DNA of 20,000 nt from an uncultured Methanosarcinales archaeon (lineage in GTDB: Archaea > Nanobdellota > Nanobdellia > Woesearchaeales > JACPBV01), in contig CAZNZT010000007.1 in NCBI GenBank assembly GCA_964577685.1, forward strand, positions 49,380 through 69,379, in the 5' to 3' direction. Shown piece by piece: positions 19,801-20,000 of this stretch (positions within the stretch are counted from its first letter, which is position 1; each line of letters begins with the position of its first letter). A program made the translations under genes and the position numbers. The notes beneath the pieces are model-generated. The model did not search any database. It saw only the letters and a list, made by a program, of their open reading frames with translations, and was not told the origin of the DNA.

Positions 19801-20000
19801 TGTTCATTACTTATATTATGGTAATCCTTTTGCTGTTAATAAGAGCAACATCACTACTACGATGGGTTGGCTAGAGTTTGCCAATACATCTGTAGTAGAT
19901 GAGAATTACAAGACTATAAACTTGGCTCATAGTTTTTCAAGTCCGATAGTTACCTCTAGTTTGGAGTATGGTATTGGACCAAATGCCCCACCATATCCAG
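4772..20000 (+). CDS. Giant secreted multidomain surface protein/adhesin, at least 5076 aa, 3'-truncated (DUF2341, LamG, IgGFc-binding-like, FG-GAP/VCBS, ASPIC/UnbV, Ig-like repeats)
   Basis: Start is ATG 4772 (alternative GTG 4769), with an in-frame TAA at 4736. Manual translation (MRWINRGLLLALSMVLVGIGICSFLVSA... to ...GIGPNAPPYP) finds no stop before the window end. The ORF track lists no stop-terminated ORF in this frame, which is consistent. Domain motifs are recognisable throughout. Confidence 0.93.
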   Translation, partial: MRWINRGLLLALSMVLVGIGICSFLVSAIAPSSVNSFNLSVINESLSFRNESFYLDKDFYSLGEEVLIYANIANLTDIERVVITRYKENYRFVGNFNNPLVFVAPDFGDYTVSIFLKNGSLYKKKFSVINGSNVSENMSESSLGLFLKTNKINYFVGDEVVINFNLVVARNYSLLIYSNNSIFQYLGILKSPLVFLPREAGKYVVEINDLNSTLVSTVFYVRDKEITGDVYTDKSVYNVSERVTIGIIGNATELKVVFGNDSFNFIKPKREVVFIPKRQGKYKIVAIFREGNRTKRVFSYFDVLIRKEKETNAGYFFSISEDVVVRVDFSDIIESKKTIIEKIFGISPIEKIVAYVMNHGNDNRFNLTIEDVSNGVVVTRIKKNPKIEPSLYFLVVEVTLHNEVIRRNVSFMWGNISEWNITSNFTKTANKSNITDISRFVKYYFSINDTPEIAVDFTDEINKPRNILEIALGKPKVEKISAYVEGEEQNNDFSLYISHIELDKFLVVINNKVPKKDIYSLVVVAKVDDRFFLKQILFDWGLDNISLIRERVKVKNKTVTLEEALRVTGIGYSVEKEKLNKSLNKTINKTNELINLSNKLINYTRINITEKENLVLYTNKDVYKIGERVYIYSNARLSNLEILLNDTPLFSKDNVTGFVSFVPKKTGDYKIEALALVGGSIEILAANFSVALSEKANISLTPSKINRIENLEFLVRDFRNKNLSSVVRLYRGGALISELTNVKRRVKLFGAAIGKKGEIGIEKGEYDVEVIPKEVPIKRIFFRKLKIRNNTLSLRLDNFSVSKVDIKRVKKERIVNTFAIDPSDLNFSDAIITVRAKGNSLWKCRLWNFSEQRCYGAWTKIKELIPGREYNLTLMLEDPAYAEVNITIINVQSYPTVGGNWTVRFNTTGVANLMIRAVNGTTWSNSSEDNDFDLRFLEIRCGNRTLPYKWVNDSLFIQDYGCNETGYEVSEVLTTGKHTLEFRFGDDIEYARNLAGWWNDSWKRRKKLTFNNTGINENLTNFVVMVRLTPTRINYSEIKSDGSDIRFIDSDDSTQLFYEIEEWNYNGDSIIWVKVPRIDANNDSDFIYIYYNNSNAPPGENATGVWSDYYAVWHMTEVNARDSSPNGYNGSANAGVSFTSSGKIDGADNFNGNGYIGVSGFPNIQSNFTIEAWIYTNNNAESGQRIFCDDESNSGGYALSLGDPGTGALRFYSRNMDSIILDTSTGVISNSQWYYVVGVADRTNEDRIIYVDGVVKASDLTDTGTWGIDTGMASIGGETDSGETGNRFNGILDEVRVSKKVRSQDWINASYLSMKDSFVIFEGEESATPPVITSVSVIPASPFDNQNLNCSFIVNDQDANETLYANITWYRDSVRVTDYDVYNLNVSAQGTFYTNISVPNNATSPGENWTCSVVVWDKYELKTSVNGSATISDSQPWWNGSWLYRKRIVVTNNYGSVLPANFTVKISSDDLGIKSLINEGKVRQDGGDIRVVYNNSKEVIHVYDDFEGSIYFKTGSSMEANSTAIYYVYYGNSNATYNQSTYEHLLFTYYTKQVDSSNNGDNIVIAAYGNSSHETIFEVKGTVSQDGNYSLYGNQYYEWTDQYSSGASVVRIRSNKPLFVQSGMPISDDNREGISFATSLDEIGDLGKEYVFTTYGSNDDTYPGDPHTDRIILIVNPSETEVVKYSVEKQNGTSIATDQILYPGSFVFYDSGDGVTAGVYKVHANNTIFIDARMADSVQSRDIHSYVPPVNGTRLGTLFYLTEPAGMYLINPNDGDALVNGTDLTDGTNNFSEVVGAHSYVLRVGPTDDSNHVFSVESNVSIIIGYGSSASSIGDAGDFVPDQHTGRLTGQNFTFLSDPGGGGVRQTAIALFDSTTVTWYDGTTTTLTNAGDSAQDTFDIAIALREVSANKPIQLVTEWRYNRGDGVMYSLPMELEWGEAPSSFISYSEQSRIAPTISLEFPSDNSKETQNKTPTFYFNVTGSVDSYNCTLYLDNGTGAVVYANNESTSDGVSTSFTLTVELPNLQYYWFVNCSDGIKTSMSSVYNLSMWVDYSPSVVLSLPENNSFETSSMVIFNCSADDDFDIVNVSLYTNLSGGFSVNQTKTFTGSSDTSVVAIFNITFNNENDFIWSCLAYDNGLYDIAPQSSFATENRTVRVRFPVASFTDITSSTNLSNRTTGIGVCVEDYNQNGFLDVALLGDDEGSVNLFNNTLGTNFRNDSNALSSGSNLGGRGCSFGDYNNDGYGDFITASDFILYKSNGDGTFSCADSKGDNACSGNILPTTTFATKGIQFFDYNNDSFLDIWAPDSINGPVIFTNNGNGTFSSLSLGSQTPDGYSVVVDYDGDNDLDLFAVDGTSHIIFRNENNGSFTYINPSDIGLPTQVRSSAKVDNFTWGFGDYDNDGDLDVFITATGILERNFFENNGNGTFTDRTVEAGLPTNDLGTNPVWGDYDNDGYLDLLIGGVGLYRNNGDKTFTDKTSDVGLVTVPDSAEFFDYDNDGDLDIIGQTKEGRTILYRNDLDNLDYLKIIVKGLGNKSYYNFSNRDAIGAKIDVYDSSNSLVCHREVSGGESYSQAPKMQHCGLDYTSEYLVNVTFPSGVTFIRNVTPKYEQITIGGNILSHTIEVNEVDAGPTTSLVSPPLNAVDVDGDVTFTCSAIDNIDLVNISLFTNISGTFSINQTVNFTGGSDRSNTTTFTITGIPTGTVFVWNCLAYDAGGSSDFADVNHTVTITTGTINVNVTPDSTTYGTGDAAVITVNTTDNTYSPLEANITTDIIFGNATYLWWNTSWLYRKPIIVTENSGSNLIEYQINLTIDTSSLISEDKLNANCSDLRFTNSSNDLIDFWIESGCNTTSTVVWVKIPSLPADSNTTIYMYYGNKNATSLSNATRTFSYSSLKGVMYVVSSVIDSSGNVDIVSFRDNNTVSNGTSSIDVNESDIASFSNTQVSQNSAIYGLKPFFASGDVSGTDALVPISFASRQFIYSVGRRTDRWHVYSPFGDANVSIYDGNDGAGWTLVDSPFTVNQGSAITVIRNIANTDSSTDTPSAVLINSTHPILVTHDTSRGTDAFVLYPPSTDWWGVPGTRFDIGVLEDETTITILESDGTNTTILYNSSQDYHISGLSEDGAGTAYHVISDKPIGVTQVSDGDGSETTTFLPESELDNEYYIPQQASYITVASTKPYTNCTIYRADGSVLTTSLTTQNQNYPFPSKWYYGSDEGGDIPAGSRLICNATVFAYYEFVTAAGGQNDDEHNLLGRKAMRQYVYPGPTSAIEFEQMFVQRDINQTNTNGLYNFTFNTTGHYIGDYSAVSYATKKNYLDGYDYAFFTIVSGGEYPIITIVHPLNGSTINEDSVYLNITTSKDATCKYDTNKLFDYDTQGTLFDVTGGTTHKANLGSLSEGSYTYYIKCRDSIGNTNDNSNQGSTTFTVDRTNPTIQLNNPLDNSNQTSSAITFIWTADDNIDDTLLCDLTLNGQVVASSVSSAKGSQTTYTVKDITNGNYTWNVSCFDNANNYNTSVTYSFSLEIIDLVIDVKSENKSYKQNRDVKLTPSTVWSSGDKESGVKQAKVDSRFAGEFGFYEDISTQWTWVPFTQEFAETPVVIHTTEIDGFDYNGESGGSGDYVCLTRIKGVNRSGFFVRLDDWDNRASYDDPCPSGGVTGINVQFVAMVPGNYYLSDNTTRVEVHNVSRDGTTGCAYAGSWRRDGANLNYASSFAFTPYVFASVQTANDDDEINTVVRGCNVDQANPDTEYDGSCVMVALNGMEPSSGDVCSVHTANETIGVLVWGIDSSQSDNPDNGMVGDGDNVWKWSAVRSSDEVRGAENDPAPMNKYPTSYDSSFGTDVVAVASGVKVDGSDGFVPVIDIDTANDLVYLIAMEDENSDDDQSHPKEVMKILVFNDSSGYIYSNETMGGIDLNTSFYDYNFSGLNFTELSYIELNIELSYYNASVSSRLGTAYPDLEVRVYDGSDYSYSYFCNAYGTYGVDGNYSWNCSKEITNNTILRAWNDSNNRKIRIRGVYLDGSGDEYDIINWSGVYADLYLPSRFDNIGPTELTGNLLLQVLVNDSGSFVEFSTIYNKTVSIAPNESIDIAHLWNYGGSWKYSNWEYRKNITINSSMVNEDLIDFPLFLELNSSNFDFSKAKSNGEDLRFVGSSGNELAYEIEKWNSTTQKAEIWVKVPFISSSSDTEIVMYYGNPNAPPGENATGVWSDYYAVWHMTEVNARDSSPNGYNGSANAGVSFTSSGKIDGADNFNGNGYIGVSGFPNIQSNFTIEAWVYTNNNAEPGQRIFCDDETYSGGSSGGYALSLGDPGAGALRFYSRSMDSIILDTSTGVISNSQWYYVVGVADRTNEDRIIYVDGVVEASDLTDTGTWGIDPGMASIGGETDSGETGSRFNGILDEVRVSNKVRSQDWINASYQNQRFPSTFYSFEPEEKPSRFNTDNNPLGTYLVYAALVDSNGNVIQNGDGSYIEDNYSFVIDYLRINITSPLNNSVHDVQGFYVNVSLQYKSYPSGGTCYYSIDSGTNVTMDNISSVEFSKHTGTLSFGQHYIQFFCNDTGGEFSYSYVYNFTAEDLIAPNVTILTPANNSEEPNGNVSFVYKVEDISSNISNCTLIFDFFDNETSSAIQEGINQTFNLTDISFGQHRWQVKCVDNSSNHNIGYSEESVFLVGYDTSPPVITLLEPENNTYTQNNDVVFKYKAYDQPVADNIDNCSLIINGKINQTNSSIKTQAGEINSFVLNNLPVAQYNWSINCTDGAVAHNVGASDTFNLTIGEDTDFPVITLISPDNNYTDTDGNIVFYYNVSDASGGIANCTIYINGTMDVQDTSTTVEEDTPQSFTVNGLVDGNYSWQINCTDDSFQANSNGSEIRHFNVSIVYGVNVEVSSRNVYEKGTEVNETIVINTTTKDELYQPINTSVTTYIVNTDSWFDPRWRYRRQINITETTGSDLVDYQVNLSIDTQTLISEGKMNADCSDLRVTKGNKSELSYWIENISLCNTSSTIVWIKTNLTASSVNVHYLYYGNPFAVNKSNITTTMGWLEFANTSVVDENYKTINLAHSFSSPIVTSSLEYGIGPNAPPYP
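4925..6850 (+). other. N-terminal MG2/Ig-like repeats of the giant protein
   Basis: Recurring motif: LDKDFYSLGEEVLI, TNKINYFVGDEVVI, TDKSVYNVSERVTI and TNKDVYKIGERVYI, each followed by F-x-(x)-P-x-x-(x)-G-x-Y. A second pair of repeats reads VDF(S/T)DxI...(F/L)G...EKIxAYV...F(M/D)WG. Confidence 0.6.
7760..8053 (+). other. DUF2341-like domain 1
   Basis: WWNDSWKRRKKLTF...NLTNFVVMVRL...DGSDIRFID...YEIEEW...IWVKVP...IYIYYNN. Confidence 0.75.
8054..8704 (+). repeat. LamG/concanavalin-A-like domain, copy 1 of a ~650-bp intragenic duplication
   Basis: AVWHM...DSSPNG...FTIEAWIY...WYYVVGV...IYVDG...FNGILDEVRVS...WINASY, near-identical to 17348-18010. Confidence 0.9.
9080..10625 (+). other. DUF2341-like domain 2 plus IgGFc-binding-like payload
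   Basis: WWNGSWLYRKRI...DGGDIRVVY...YYVYYGNSNA (to 9376), then repeated IRSNKPLFV, VHANNTIFI, VESNVSIII and VSANKPIQL motifs plus LGKEYVF. Confidence 0.6.
11261..12328 (+). repeat. Seven FG-GAP/VCBS Ca2+-binding repeats (7-bladed beta-propeller)
   Basis: DYNQNGFLDV, DYNNDGYGDF, DYNNDSFLDI, DYDGDNDLDL, DYDNDGDLDV, DYDNDGYLDL and DYDNDGDLDI, most followed by (Y/F)xNxGxGxF. Confidence 0.88.
12341..12655 (+). other. ASPIC/UnbV domain (CRTAC1-like arrangement with the FG-GAP propeller)
   Basis: YLKIIVKG...SNRDAIGAKIDV...REVSGGESYSQ...HCGL...VNVTFPSG. Confidence 0.8.
13118..14595 (+). other. DUF2341-like domain 3 plus IgGFc-binding-like payload
   Basis: WWNTSWLYRKPI...NLIEYQINL...NCSDLRFT...FWIE...VWVKIP...IYMYYGNKNA (to 13411), then INSTHPILV, VISDKPIGVTQ and FLPESELDNEYIIP. 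Confidence 0.65.
15476..16468 (+). other. Tandem three-unit beta module resembling H-type-lectin-like repeats, with Cys-containing loops
   Basis: WTWVPFTQEFAETPVVI...RIKGVNRSGFFVRL; LNYASSFAFTPYVFASVQTAND; SYDSSFGTDVVAVASGVKVDGSD...EDENSDDDQSHPKEV. Six Cys lie in the first two units. Confidence 0.45.
17057..17347 (+). other. DUF2341-like domain 4
   Basis: WKYSNWEYRKNITI...DLIDFPLFL...NGEDLRFV...YEIEKW...IWVKVP...IVMYYGNP. Confidence 0.75.
17348..18010 (+). repeat. LamG/concanavalin-A-like domain, copy 2 of the intragenic duplication
   Basis: 25 substitutions plus a 12-bp insertion relative to 8054-8704 (manual comparison). Confidence 0.9.
18200..19385 (+). repeat. Four tandem ~95-aa Cys-paired Ig-like repeats (similar units at about 8755-9070, 10634-11250, 12665-12965 and 14770-15345)
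   Basis: Pattern P-x-I/V-T-L-x-x-P-x-N-N...F...D...N-C-x-L...G-x-Y/H-x-W-x-I/V-x-C-x-D. Confidence 0.75.
19538..19834 (+). other. DUF2341-like domain 5
   Basis: WFDPRWRYRRQINI...DLVDYQVNL...DCSDLRVT...YWIE...VWIK...YLYYGNPFA. Confidence 0.7.

Noticed and set aside
4743..20000. Non-coding region or alternative genetic code, suggested by the near-empty ORF track
   Set aside because: The frame starting at 4772 is open under the standard code. The track omits it only because it lacks a stop in the window.

Overview
AT-rich window with every supported gene on the + strand. It is probably from an archaeon, most likely DPANN/Woesearchaeota-like; this is inferred from the GAGGTG Shine-Dalgarno site, oligo-T terminator, TATA-like boxes and dense N-X-S/T sequons in exported proteins. 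The left block (1-4311) is an operon-like trio. Its first gene is 5'-truncated and encodes a membrane protein with extracellular carboxypeptidase-regulatory-like/Ig-like domains, one TM helix and a cytoplasmic HerA/FtsK-superfamily (DUF87-like) ATPase with a degenerate Walker B (DG instead of DE). The second gene is translationally coupled and encodes a 160-aa helical protein that repeats the ATPase's C-terminal helical modules. The third encodes a 351-aa coiled-coil protein. A ~220-bp very AT-rich spacer holds a T-tract terminator, a TATA-like box and five helically phased 11-bp direct repeats, followed by a solo AbrB/MazE/SpoVT-like regulator. From 4772 to the window end runs one uninterrupted reading frame of at least 5076 codons, absent from the ORF track because it has no stop in the window. 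It encodes a giant secreted surface protein with a signal peptide, MG2/Ig-like repeats, five DUF2341-like domains with swappable payloads, two ~96%-identical LamG-like domains, two IgGFc-binding-like regions, a 7-repeat FG-GAP/VCBS propeller plus ASPIC/UnbV domain, a tandem lectin-like region and about ten Cys-paired Ig-like repeats. All domain names come from motif recognition by eye, not database searches.
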